From Girardia tigrina (taxonomy: Eukaryota), in assembly GCA_001938485.1 (NCBI GenBank), contig MQRK01202569.1, positions 1 to 57,683 of the forward strand: 57,683 bases of DNA. The letters are read 5' to 3'. The notes beneath the pieces were generated by a model. It had not been told where the DNA came from and made no database searches. It saw only the letters and a program-made list of their open reading frames with translations. The position numbers and the translations under genes are program-made. Shown here one piece after another: positions 13,801 to 26,145 of the stretch (position 1 is the stretch's first letter; each line of letters begins with the position of its first letter).

Positions 13801-16800
13801 TTGTCGCCCTAACGAGGGTGGGTTTTCATTTAAATATGAATATTGGCCAATCACTCACCAATGGGATCGAATTGTTGATTGTAAATTTGAAATACTTTCT
13901 ATAGGAATGACTATCGTTTGATGTGATCATTAGAACATCAGGAGATCCACGATGTACGGTTAAAATCGACGAATATATACAGAGTCTGATAGATTTTTGA
14001 GCGGTCTTTAAAATTTTGATTAAGATGATCATTCAAATACCAAATCGATTGCGTCCGGCTTGGATTTTTATCAAAATAATAATATTGATTTCACAAATTC
14101 ATTTATAAATGACATTTATTTATTAAATAAAAAATCAAATTGTCTTTAACATTTTTAAACAGTTTCCGACAAACCATTAAACTCTATTTAGCATATTAAA
14201 ACAGCATAACTTACAAAAATTTTTTAAAAAACAAAAAATTTTTTTTCGGAATATTTTATAAAATAATTCAAAAGAGTTTTTTTCTTTGATTTTTAAATAA
14301 TTAATAATAATAGTAAATATTTTTTGACTATAGGATTCCATGTAAAAATAGCCAAAGTAAAAAGAGTCAACAATAAAAAGAGCCAAAGTAAAAAGAGCCT
14401 ACAATAAAAATAAAAAAAATTCAAATAATAATACAAATAAATTGTACTAAATATAGTTTAAACGGTTCGATATAAAAAAGTGCAAACAATAAAAATAGAA
14501 TAAATTTTAAGTAATAAGATTGGGAAACAAAAAATATTTTTTGAAAATGGTCCAGGGTTTTCCAGCTGAATTAGACTAATTTTGATGCTCGGAATCCAAA
14601 AATGACCTTGGTTTTGGTCAATCAGGTCAGATTTTTTTGTAACAGAAATTTTTTAAAAATAGATTTTTCTTAAAAAAAATCTGCGGATCATCAGCTGAGA
14701 AACCCTTGTCAATTTTTTCCGTTTTCCCCAAGAAATGAAAGTCCAAATCCATTTAGTTTTATTTAGTCCATCAAATTTGATGAGCATAATTATACATAAT
14801 ATTAGTATAAGAATGAGCGTTACGTGACACAAAAGTTCAGAATTAACGGCATAAATCGGCGTTTCTTCGATTACCTTGTGTAAGCAGCTGCATGGGTAGT
14901 CTCTCTTATGCGTCCCACCTCTCTGGTAGCTCTCCTCCATTTGGCGCATGCCATGATGGAACCTTTCTTCCTGCTCGTCGATCATCGCCCCAAAGTTTTC
15001 AGGATATCTTGCATCTTTAAACTCATCAAACAACTGAGTTTTTGGAGAGCCTCTATCCTGCTGTTCATGATTCTTTTATGAGCTACTGTATTTGTGGGCC
15101 ATCGAAAATGCTGGCCTTCAGCTTCTCAATGGTCAGTGGAGGAAAGGCTTGGCACTGGTATTTGAAGCACCTCCCATCTTTTTCCAGAGGGCACATAAAC
15201 TATTTCATTAACCTAAGCTTCGTTTATAGAGGTGGGATCAATATCTTCTCCTGGTCAACAAGAGGTTCGTTTATGATGTTTCTCACTCCAGGTACTAACT
15301 GCTCTCGCCACGGCCACTTTTTTTTTACATAGTTTTGGGCTCTGTCTCGACTGTACCACATACATATAAAGCAAGGGTACATCGTGAACCCTTTTCAACA
15401 AATTAATTTTTCTAAATGAAATTATTTCAACATAATCTAAATCAATGAAGAACAGAGAAACATCCTTATTCGAGCATTTATGGACGAAGACAGTAGGAAG
15501 CAGTTTGAAAAGAATGCGGAAGGTACTATTTTCGAAAATTATGAAGATAAATTTCGGAGAGTGTTCGTAAAGACCACTAATCTTGCGGAGGATCTGCAAA
15601 ACGCTCTTGCTTATAGGAAAGGAACAGCATCAATCGACGAGTATATTCGACAAATTGAGAAAAATGTCGAAAAAGTATTGAAGCACAAGTTAACATCAAC
15701 AAAGTTAACAACTTTTTTATTAAAATACTGTCTTGATGACGAGAAGATGAGAGAAGAAGTTTCAAGATTCGAATATACTGAAAATTTGATGAAACTGAAT
15801 TATCTTTCTTTATATCAAAAAAAGACAATTCCAAAATCGAAGATCAAAAAGGCCCTACACCGACAAAATATATCAAGGAGATATTGAAGACAGTCGAAGC
15901 CAGGACGAGACAAGACGAGATATTGGTTATAAATTGACCCAGTTATGCTGCAATGAAACAAAAAACGGGCCATATAATCATCAAAAATTTTCGAACAGAA
16001 GGGAGTATCACGAGCCAAACAGAAGACCACAAATTATATACAGAGAAGTCACGAAGCCCAACCCAAATCTGAGACAACTTCCAAGATATGAACCTCAATG
16101 TTACGCTTGTCGGAAATTTGGACATATTCGGAGGAACTGCCAAAATATGAAATGTTCAAAATGTCACAGAAACGGTCATTCAATCCAGCAATGCTATTTT
16201 GCTAATGAAATAATTCCCGAAGTAATAATTGGAGTCGATATTTTGGAAAAAATTGGAGTGAAACTCATAGCATTATATGGTACTGAAACACTGGGTAGGA
16301 TATGTAATTTAGGAGGGAAGTTTTCAGAAATAATAGATGATACTAGAAGAAAAATCTTAATATCGAATCAAATATTACCTGAAAAACATCCATTATATAA
16401 ACTTATTTTGAAATATGAGACTATATTTATGACTATTAAATGGGACATAGGAAAGACTGATATTTTGAAACACTATATCATCACTGAAGGGCCACCTATT
16501 GCAGTACCAGCTCGACATCAACCAATGCATTTTGAAGGGAAGATACGGGAAATAATAAAGAATTTGGAGAAACATGGGATTATATCAAAATGTGAATCTC
16601 CATGGAACTCTCCAATTGTATGTGTATCCAAGAAGAACTCAGAAGAGATACGCATGTGTTTAGATTTTAGATTATTGAACGCCAAATCAGTGAGATCAGC
16701 TTTTCCGCTTCCAAATGTTAACAAGATGATGGACTTTCTGCACGGATCAAAATTTTTTTCAACTATTGACCTAGGTAGGGCGTATTACCAAGTCGAATTA

Positions 16801-19800
16801 GAAGAAAAATCAAAAGAAAAGACTGCATTCTCTACGAAATATGGTCAATACTGCTTTAACAGAATGCAGTTTGGGATTGCAGCAGCCCCATCGACATTCC
16901 AAAACCTTTTGTGGAATTTGTGGAATTTGTGGACCTTTGAGAACAACATTGTCGAGAAAGAAATATATACTGGTGATCATTGATCAGTTTAGTAAGTATA
17001 TAAAACTGAGACTATTAACAAGCCAAGACGAGAAAACATTAGTGAAAATACTAACGGAATATTGGATACTAAAATTTGGAACTCAAAAAGTAATGCATGT
17101 TGGTAATGGCAGATGTTTCATATCAACAATATTCAAACAATTAGCAAAAAAGTACAATTTTGACATTCAATATTCAAGTCAATATCATCACCAAGCGAAT
17201 GGGCAGATAGAGAGACAATTCCGTACTATTCGAGACTGGCTCTATTGTTGTATCAAAGATAAATTATTTCGAGATTGGGAGGAATTCCTTCCACATATTG
17301 AGTTCACAATGAACTCAACTATTCAGAAAACTACTATGTGTAGCCCAGGAGAAGTAATATTTGGTAGCAAATTAAGCATTGATCGATTTGTATGAGTTAA
17401 TGAGGACACAAAAGGTAAATCGATAAGATACAAGAAAATAGCTCAGATTATGGAACATGCAGGATCAGAAAAAGAGAAAGTAACCAGTCGAAGTTTTGAA
17501 ATTGGTGATCTTGTATATGTGAAAGTCGAGAATCGACAGAAACAGGAGAAGAGGTATGATGGTCCATACACCGTAATAAGAAAGAATCACGAGAGAAGTT
17601 ACCGACTCCAGAAAGTGACGGAACGGAAATTGTTCGGAATGTAGAGTGGCTTACGCCTAGTCGGGCGAGGAGGGGGGACTAGGAATAGTTACGTAATAGA
17701 TATTGTTTGTTAATACCCGAAATAACCAAGATTACTTACGTAATAATTATTGTGTGATTGCTGATGACATTGATTGTGTAAAGTCAGTTGTAATGATACA
17801 ATAAAATGGGTTACTTGTCTTATGTTCAATGTATGCTGAATGTATGCTGAATGTGTGTTGATAGTATATGTGTGTTTGAGAGTGTAAACCAATGAAAAGG
17901 CTTTGAAAATGTGAGTCATTATAACATCACTATTTTCCCCATTAAATAGTCGAGATTATGGATATTGTGTTATAATTAATAAATCTTAGAATCGGAATTA
18001 GTCATTTTATTTGGTGATCTTGTAAATGTGAAAGTTGAGAATCGACTGAAACAGGAGAAGAGATATGATGATCCATACAACGTAAGAGGAAAGAATCACG
18101 AGAGAATCACAAAATGGATAACATTTACCATCTTTAAGTCGACGCAGATCAACCGTTGTTACTGCTTACATTAGATTTTGTCGAGCACGTACTTTGCTTT
18201 GAATGTTGTTGAATGCCAAGATGGATTGAGGCAAACTGGTTCCCGTTGTAAAGAATATATTTTATATATATAATTAGTTCGCCTATGGCTGTATCTCAAA
18301 ATGTTGACCTGATAGAGCAAAATAAATGTGATATTCGAACTCAGAACACCAAAATTAGTCTAAATCGTCTGAGAAACCTCTGTCGATTATTTGGCTGTTA
18401 CCCAGTGTAATTAAAATACAATTTTACTAAATACAGTTTAAATAAAAAGAAAATCACAAAATTAATTTTTTCCTATTTTATTAATTATATTAAACTTCGT
18501 ATTACTAAGGAAAATTGTAATCATAGATTACTAGCAATTACCAAGTAAAATATAATATTTCCTAATTTATCAAACTGCTCAAAACGAGTTTTGATTCTTT
18601 GAGCTACATCTTTGTAAATTTTCATATGTGTGCGTACAGTTCGTCCAGAATTCAAAAGAGTAATAACCAATTTGTGGATATTATACTCTTTTTTTAAACA
18701 TTCAATAAATCTCCATATTTTTTCATGACACAAACCAACGGAAGTGGCAAAAGCTCTGTGCCATCCTTCCAAATTATTATTTTTCATAGGCAAATTTCTC
18801 AAGGTAGGATTGTATGCATTCCACATCTCCACAGAGAATATAGATAAACGCCGGCTTTCCAATACACGTGTCTTCAAAATAATTTAGAAGAGGTTGTAAC
18901 AGGATCTCATTTTTAGGTAATATGCAGTTTCATTAATGTTGGCGTAAGCTGATGTGACTCTTCCGACTGGCACATAACTTAGTGCAGTTAACATTTTTAA
19001 ATGCAATTATGTTGATGTAAAAGAAATGTCGTTTTTAATGTATTTAATATTCATTGTTTGAAATATTTAGAAAATCATTAATAAATAGATTCATATTTAA
19101 ATTTACTTTAAAGCTTAAAATTTACACTACATTTTGATATCAAGTATGACTTTATTGTTGTTTATTTAAGGTGTATTTATTTTATTTTAGAAATGTTAGA
19201 AAAGAAGGAAATGAGAACAATTTTATTCTACGATTTCAAACTAGGTCGAAAAGGGACAGATACGGCTTCGAATATTACAATTACAGCGAATATACAATTA
19301 CAGCGGAAAATTATTGTCAGCAAATTAACAAAATGCACCAAGAACTAAAAAAACGGCCGGCATTACTCAATAGAAAGGGACCAATTCTTCTGCAAGACAA
19401 CGCTCGTCCACATGTTGCAAAATAGACTATGCTGAAATTAAACGAGATAGGATATGAAATTGGGATATCACCTTTTCAAACATTTCAGCCAGTTCCTTCA
19501 CGAAAAATGCTTCAGAAACCAAGGAGAGAGAAACCTAAAAGAGCCTTGGACAACTTCATCGCCTCCAGAACTCCAGAATTTTATGAAACTGGAGTAAAAA
19601 ACTTGTTACCCGTTGGCAAGAGATGTTCAATGTAATGGGTTTTTATTTTGATTAAAAAGTTAATTCTAAATAAAGTTATGTTCATTTAAAGTTGACGGTT
19701 AAAAAACGACATTTCTTTTGCATCAATCTTATATTTAAAGTCGAAATTATTGTCATATTCTTGATGAATATTATTAGGAGTTTAGATCCTTCTCAAAGCC

Positions 19801-20134
19801 GCCTGTCCAAAATGAAACATACATCCCCACTGAGTAACTAATGGGAAATGTAGAATTGCTCCATTAATGAGTACTGACTCGTAATCGGACAAAATTTTTT
19901 GTGTGCGAAATCTTTCATAAGTTTTTAAAATTTCAAACATACGATTGTACGTAAATTAATTCTTTTTCGATAAAAGAAAGTATACTAGTGGAGCAAATAC
20001 ATTATTATGTATTGTATGAATTGTATACAACCGTTTTAATAAAATATTTTGGGTCAAGTAAATAAAATAATCCTCAAATTTACACACGTAAATATATTAA
20101 TCCTTCAAATATATATGGCTCTTTTTACGTGCTA

Positions 20135-20177
<43 letters not shown>

Positions 20178-20301
20178 TTTGTAATGTATCAGTCCAGTAT
20201 TTTCAATAATGCCAATTAGAAAATTAAATTAATTTAATTAAAATTTAAATTAAAATTTACGCAAAATTAAAAATATGCAATTAATTATTTGAACAAAATT
20301 T

Positions 20302-20336
<35 letters not shown>

Positions 20337-22639
20337 GTTTTTAAATTGTATTATTCTGTACATATTTTAAACATTCATGTTTCAATTCACTTTTTGATTA
20401 TATCTTTTAATATTAGGTCAGAATCCACCGGGTAGTATTTTATTTTTAATTTTAACATAGTTTAATTTAATTAGTTTTTTATATATTTTTAGTTTTTTAT
20501 GATATTGCATAGTTTACAAATAATATTTCTCAATCAATATTTGATTTTGGGAGGAATATTTTAAATTTTATGAATGTGTGAATGTATTGATGATTTATGT
20601 TGATTTGAGTATGCTGAACTTAGAATGCTGATTCTCCCACCAGATGGAAATAAGCATTTTTTATATTTACAGTGATTAACTATTCAAACATAATTAAAAT
20701 AATAATTTGATAAGTTTATATTTTTAAAATTAACAATTAAAATTAAGTTTAATATTTTTTAAAACAAAAAGAAAACTCAACAAAAAAACAAAAAACTACA
20801 AAAACCAATCACACAAATATGGCTTGTCAACTCGCTATACCAGTCCTGTCCTTTTGACATCCGCGGATAATGACATACTCATACGGCATCAATGACCGAT
20901 TCGCATACCTTCGGATTGAGATATGCATGGTATATATCACTTCCCGGAAAATTATGCCGATCTCATGGTTTGAACTTCGTATTACTAAAAAAAATTGTAA
21001 TCATAGATTACTAGCAATTACCAAGTAAAATATAATATTTCCTAATTCATCAAACTGCTCAAAATGAGTTTTGATTCTTTGAGCTATATCTTTGTAAATT
21101 TTCATCTGTGTGCGTATAGTTCGTCCAGAATTCAAAAGAGTAATAACCAATTTAATTAGTGATAAATTATCTGAACAATATGATATGAGATTATATTACA
21201 ACCAGATTATATTTAAAACCATATTAGTGTGGTTCTTAATAAAATAATTTTTAAATTTATTAAAAATCTTCATTAATAATAATAATCATTTTGACTTATT
21301 GATATAAAAGTATTTTATACAAGTAACACTGTTTAATATAATTTTAATAATTAAATAACAAAAATTTCAGCTCCCAATGATCGACCATCCTGTTTCAATC
21401 TTCTGAAAATCAATTTTATCACTTTATTTTCTTTTATAGGAATATCAGGTAATATTAAACTTTATATATTTTGTTATAAACTGAAGTTTTCTTTGTATTA
21501 ATATTTGCTTCTTTTTAGTGTATTTTTCACTCTAAAGGATGAAGAGAAGAAAATATAGTGAAAAGTTATTTTTATTGTATAAATTTTTTATTGTATTTTT
21601 TATTGTATACAAAATTTTATCTAAAATTGATATGTTATATGAAAAATAAACAATTTTCATCCAATTTGAGATAGAAAGCCTAATGAAAGTACTTTTAAAG
21701 GAAAAATTTTTTGAATATAAAAGTTTATTAAATGTGTAAACATTAATCACTTTTCCCATTGTTGGTACGGGGTGCCCCCAATGAGTCGTGAGACTAATAT
21801 AGAAAGACTTAAGATATCAACACAGCACTTTGTATTTAGAACAAACATGGAAAATAGGCATCATTTCTAAAAATAATTTGTTTGTGGACACACACAATTT
21901 TCCGAGCGAATAACGAAGTTTTTGAAGGCTTTTGAAGAATTCTGGAGAACTCCTGCCCCACAGAGGCTTCGTAAAATTGTTAAACAAGAAAAAAATAAGA
22001 GCCGTACGTAAAATATCTCTAAACGAAGTGAAAATAATAGAGGTCAAAATTAATTGTTTTTGTGGACTGATAACACCTTAAAACAATAATTTAGTGCCTG
22101 ACCAATAAGCATTAATTTCTGGTTCCTAGAATCTCCAAACTATGGAAAATCTTAATCTATAATGATGATGATAAAGTAAACTATTTTCTCTAGTTTTATA
22201 ACATTAGGGAAACACAAATTAATCCCCATTTTTAAATTATTACTTTTTATATATTTTTATTTATTTAAACAAAACTTGTGAATTATTTATTTATTTTAAA
22301 ATACTTATAATATTGATGAATTCATATTTTAGATTCAGATATAACTTCTATTTTTTCGAAACATTGAGCTTTATTATGACAATTAGAATTTACATTTGAT
22401 AACAATTGACTATTTAACCATTTAATATTATATTTTTCATGTTATATAATAAATCTTTTTTTCTTTTAAAATTCAAAATTAATTTTTTGGAATCTGTGTT
22501 TCTCAATATTATTGTAGCAAAATAATTTAGAGTACCATTAAAATGTGGACTTTAAGCTTATATCTTGCTTGTTTTAGTTCAGATTCCGATGTTTCTCAAA
22601 AAATATGGTATCTATATGGTATCCTATAATTTCAAATAA
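2147..22639 (+). CDS. Gene A: spliced SEA-domain mucin-like protein (5' exons upstream of window, 3' end uncertain)
   Basis: Phase-compatible GT-AG exons 2147-2289, 2347-2379, 2445-3195, 9134-9264, 9321-9359, 13411-13449, 20417-20431, 21440(or 21371)-21448, possibly 22578-22639. Paralogous to gene B with equal exon sizes (143, 33, 131 bp). Confidence 0.8.
2347..2379 (+). CDS. Gene A 33-bp exon
   Basis: tttag|...|gtattg; TIIDKYHRYSG, homologous to TNIERYYRYLT at 46560-46592(-). Confidence 0.85.
2445..3195 (+). CDS. Gene A large exon: Thr/Pro-rich mucin tract plus N-half of SEA domain
   Basis: 751-bp open frame DVYPFNNSANTNDTT...TTTPTTT...VNVKCSFNETYKPEYNDSNSKEFQEYSKSIIDKLL...KSIR; ttag acceptor, gtaagt donor. 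Confidence 0.92.
4998..5750 (+). mobile_element. Degenerate mariner transposase (irritans/Himar1-like)
   Basis: FKRGRKSIEDEPHSGCPK, GISKDRVGYIL, LTADETWIHQYKPETKQQSKQ, GKVMETIF*D; stops and frameshifts. Confidence 0.85.
6255..6460 (-). repeat. Dispersed LTR-like repeat (inverted copy at 20570-20775; related sequence ~22785-22860)
   Basis: ~200-bp reverse-complement match by eye. Confidence 0.7.
6560..8345 (+). mobile_element. MULE/Mutator-like remnant with AACTTGGCACA / TGTGCCAAGTT subterminal repeats
   Basis: Inverted subterminal motifs at 6560-6720 and 8310-8340; transposase C-terminal remnant (WNQYD...KTKNNVEG) at ~7800-8190. Confidence 0.6.
7045..7630 (+). mobile_element. Tc1/mariner (rosa/DD41D-like) transposase remnant nested in the MULE
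   Basis: DGYVNK, WFMQ, WSPYSPDINPLDFFLWGYLKDRIF motifs. Confidence 0.8.
9134..9264 (+). CDS. Gene A exon, C-half of SEA domain with GSVIV cleavage motif
   Basis: cag|A CAG GGT AGT GTC ATC GTA...|gtaagt; (R)QGSVIVDMDVITASSNPMNQSILANIVSNATSEAFNNTAKILS; 131 bp, as in gene B. Confidence 0.92.
9321..9359 (+). CDS. Gene A 39-bp exon
   Basis: tgcag|...|gtaagt; ASVTYAFVVTEAS; phase 1-1. Confidence 0.85.
10470..10610 (+). repeat. Degenerate interstitial (TTAGGG)n next to AATTGCTCCC repeats
   Basis: Direct. Confidence 0.8.
12231..12448. mobile_element. piggyBac-type MITE
   Basis: TTAA|CCCTTAGTAGCCT ... AGGTTATTAAGGG|TTAA. Confidence 0.7.
13036..13074 (-). ncRNA. Minimal type-I hammerhead ribozyme motif in PLE repeat (other copies 10155-10193, 12572-12610, 52155-52190 minus; 38051-38086 plus)
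   Basis: Minus strand GAC CUGAAGA U AACGG uugau CCGUC GAAA UAUA UU GUU. Confidence 0.6.
13411..13449 (+). CDS. Gene A 39-bp stalk exon
   Basis: ttttaag|...CCA G|gtgatc; TLSTNSKATSTVP; Ser/Thr-rich, phase 1-1. Confidence 0.7.
14545..15355 (-). mobile_element. CMC/Chapaev3-like transposase remnant (3' segment duplicated at ~10718-10910)
   Basis: EKILIPPL*TKLRLMK*F, KLKASIFDGPQI, PENFGAMIDEQEERFHH motifs. Confidence 0.75.
15360..17926 (+). mobile_element. Internally deleted Ty3/gypsy LTR retrotransposon
   Basis: gag with two CCHC knuckles (CYACRKFGHIRRNC, CSKCHRNGHSIQQC); RT N-part (SPWNSPIVCV, MCLDFRLLN, STIDLGRAYYQV); integrase (QANGQIERQFRTI); RYDGPY motif; PPT 17663-17678; LTR-like 17680-17926. 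Partial duplicate at 18009-18110. Confidence 0.9.
18500..20137 (-). mobile_element. MULE transposase remnant interrupted by a mariner
   Basis: SDYESVLINGAI, GCMFHFGQAALRRI (19790-19890); MWNAY...KNNNLEGWHRAF (18521-18877). 18492-18672 is duplicated at 20973-21153. Confidence 0.8.
19007..19731 (+). mobile_element. Internally deleted mariner
   Basis: TIR GTTGATGTAAAAGAAATGTCGTTTT / AAAACGACATTTCTTTTGCATCAA; LLQDNARPHVAK. Confidence 0.85.
20417..20431 (+). CDS. Gene A candidate 15-bp micro-exon
   Basis: tattag|GTCAGAATCCACCGG|gtagta; GQNPP; GC-rich island in AT-rich intron; phase 1-1. Confidence 0.55.
21371..21448 (+). CDS. Gene A candidate exon: 9-bp micro-exon (21440-21448) or 78-bp form from the upstream acceptor
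   Basis: cttttatag|GAATATCAG|gtaata; upstream tttcag at 21365-21370 is in frame (APNDRPSCFNLLKINFITLFSFIGIS). Confidence 0.45.
22578..22639 (+). CDS. Gene A candidate terminal exon
   Basis: gttttag|TT CAG ATT CCG...TAA = VQIPMFLKKYGIYMVSYNFK*; AATAAA overlaps the stop. Alternative acceptor at 22582 gives DSDVSQKIWYLYGIL*. Confidence 0.3.
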
Positions 22640-22699
22640 ATCAAGGATAAGGTATGGGAAACAGTAAGTAATCTTAATTTTAAATTTTAACATAAAAAT

Positions 22700-24215
22700 A
22701 TTTTTAACTTAACTTATTTTTAATGCAAATTGAAAGTGTAAAAGTTGATGGATAAGGAAAAAAAGTGTGAGGAATATTTTAAATTTGGTATGTTGAGTTT
22801 TGTATTTGGAAATGTGTTTCTCTCACCCACATGGAAAATTGGTATTTTAAATTACAACATAAGATATTAAAAAACTTTCAAAATATAAAATCATTTGAAA
22901 TTTGATTATTAAAAATGTTGATAAAGTAAATAATTTTAAACTTATTTTTTAAATTCATTAAATAAATGTTTTTCTTTAAATAAAATCATTTTAAAATTAA
23001 TTTAATTTTTAGATAAAATTATTAACAAAATTATATTCGTGTTCTTAATATGGCGACACATGACCACGTGATTCCGAACATTAGGTGTTCGGCGATATTT
23101 GATAGATATGAAACAAAAGTAGAGGCATTCATAATGACTTTCAAATAGGTATGCGAAGATATTGGGATTTTAAAAAGAGGAAAATCTTATTAGTAACGGA
23201 ATATATGACTCCCGATGTTATAATAAAATAGGAAGCATGGGCAGGTGAAACTTGTGAAGAGAAACTAAGATCAGCGTTTTCAAATAAAAAATCTATCCTT
23301 GATTTAATGAAAAAAACTGATAGAAATGAAATCATTTAAAAGTTAGTGGAGAAAACGTTAAGTAAAAAAGAACTGTCAAATTTGGTCTACGTTAATCTGA
23401 TAGATGATTGAAACGTGCAGAAAGAAATAACCATCAGAGGTGTCACGAAATCTGAAGAGATTAAAAACATCCAAATGACAATGTAAGAAGATGATAAGAA
23501 GAAAAGAAATGCTCATGTTAGAGCATTTAACACAAAAAAGTAAATGATTGGAAAACAGTGGAAAATAAAGGAAGAACACCAAGATTATGGAACAAAAAAA
23601 TCATAGAACAAAAAGCAAGAAGAAATTTTTAAGTACAAAAAATTACATGTTAGGTATGCGATGAAGAATGACAAGTAAGAAAGGAGTGTCCAAATGTTAA
23701 GTGTAATCATTGTAATAAAATAGGACATTTAATAACAGTGTTATGAAAACCCAAATAGATTTAAGGAACATGATCAATGAAAAAGGATAATTGAAAAAAT
23801 CGATGGGATGACAGCAAAATTACTCGAATCAAATGTAGAGAGATCGACCAAAAAACATGAATAGGAAGTACCCATTAGCAGAACTGGATGAACTAAATGA
23901 TGATCGAAACGCATGGAGAACCAGTATTGGTGAAACCTTATCATCAACTGAAATATTTCGCAGAAAAACTAGACAATTATGAATAAAATGATATTATCAA
24001 AAAAGCAGTTTCCCTTCGAATTTTCCTCTAATTTATGAATAGAAAAAATCTATATTTGAATATGTGTAGATTTTTGACTATATAACAAAATCACAAAATT
24101 CCAAATGTTAAGATGCTAAAAACTTTTAAAGGAGCTGAATAGTTTAGCACAATTGATTTAGAAAACACATATCATCAAGAGGAACTTGAGGATGAATCGA
24201 AAATACAAACAGCAA
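22700..24215 (+). mobile_element. Highly degenerate gypsy-like remnant
   Basis: PBS-like TGGCGAC at 23051; knuckle remnant KCNHCNKIGH; RT remnant STIDLENTYHQEELEDESKIQTA. Confidence 0.7.
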
Positions 24216-25227
24216 CGTGCAGATCGTTGATAGCAACGTCTCCAACTTGACTTTTATTTAACAATATCAAATCGTGTTCGATTAACAGATGGCAGAACAA
24301 ATGTTTAGTTTGATGACACATATTTGGTATGTATAACTAAAAACTCAATCTGTTTTTACTTCTCAAGCATAGAATATACCATAATCATATAATGAAGCCA
24401 CCGTAGGCGCCTTCTCCAATATAATTCAAGTAAATATATTATAATAAATATAATATATCAATCTTTTTTAAACGAAAAAAATGATGCATTTATAAATCGT
24501 TTAAATCCTTTACCAAAGTTAAAACATGCTAAAATATAATCATAGATAAAATATAAATCATAAAATATAATCATAAAATATAATCTACTACTACATTTTT
24601 GCGCTAATACAAAAAGATATCTCAAACAATATTTTCAACATACAATTTGTATCATCGTTCACTCGTTCATAATTTTCGTTTTGAAATCTGAAGAAACTTT
24701 TACTTATTATTTTAAATGTTTGCAAATTAAATTACTTCAAATTATTTGAAATATTATTATCATAATATTAAAAACATTTTTGAAATCTAAATTGGAATAA
24801 ATAAGTTACAGATTATAAGAATTTAAATACTGAGTAGTAGAGACAATCCCAAATGAACAAAGTTTGTAAAACTTAACCCATACATAAGAATAAGAATTAA
24901 AATTAGTTGCCCCAAGAAATTAAAACTAATGAATAATAACCAACATTAATAAAATTTAGGTCATAAAATTTGAATTAGAATTATTTGAGTTTCGTAAACT
25001 AAAAATGAGAGAAGAAAAATATTTTTATTCGTAAAATTTAATTTATTGTTTTTAATAAATGTTAAATTTTATTATGGGAATATTATAAGCATTACTACCA
25101 CTACTTGTACCATGCTTACAATAACTCAAATTGTCTGTTTAATTGTCGACATTCACAACCATTGCAAAAAATGTAATTTTATTAACAAAAATGTGATGAT
25201 AAAAATATGTTTCAATTTTATAACGTA

Positions 25228-25789
25228 CTGTTGTTGTCAATTAACTATATCAAATCGGACAATTAAATATATAAATTAATGTATTTATTTATTTGCATCA
25301 ATAATCAACCAATCAAATCGCATATACTACATGCCTATTTAGCCGAATTCGGACAATTAAGCATACAATCTGATAATTAAGATGTATAATTTATTATAGA
25401 AGTTGTATGCAACAACGTTTTCTAACCCCAAACATACATAATTACACACAAACATACATGGATACATACAAACATACATGCAGAAAAGTGCTAAAACACA
25501 CATACCCATTTGGACATTTAAGATTATGTGTCTATTGTAAATAAATTTTTAATAAAATTTTCATATTATAAAATTTCTTGAGGCATTTAATCATAATATT
25601 GCCAAAACGACAGGAAAAATAAAATTTATCCTTTCCGAAAAAGACTTTTTCATATTGCCTAAATGTAATCTTAGATTTTGAATCGTTTGATTCGGCTGAT
25701 TTGATTGGTTGATTCTTGACGCAAATAAATAAATACATTAAGTTATATATTTAATTGTCTGATTTGATATAGTTAATTGACAACAACAG
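25228..25789. mobile_element. Foldback MITE with ~90-bp TIRs and TA TSD
   Basis: TA|CTGTTGTTGTCAATTAACTATATCAAATC ... GATTTGATATAGTTAATTGACAACAACAG|TA. Confidence 0.85.
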
Positions 25790-26145
25790 TATCAAATTCA
25801 CAGCAACGACATGTCAAACCTTTTTATTCATCGCACTCAAACATAAATTTACAGTTTTTGAAGCAAACACTTTGAACAAAGTAAAAACACAAGAATCATT
25901 TGATCAATTTGTGATTTAAAAAATCGAGATCTGTTTATGGCTATGTATATAATCTTTTGATTTAATGTTTACGAAATATAAAAATATTTAATACTTATAA
26001 CTCATAAAGCGAATAATATTTATCTAACAATCTTTTGAAATTCTAACTTGAATAAAAACATTTATTCGAATAATGCCATCAAATCATTGAATAAAACAAC
26101 TTCTTGATTTAACTGTGTCTGTATGTACTGTGGTTCTGTTCCTTC

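Noticed and set aside
25060-25150. TM-like minus-strand stretch VIVSMVQVVVVMLIIF
   Set aside because: Flanked by stops, with no convincing splice context.
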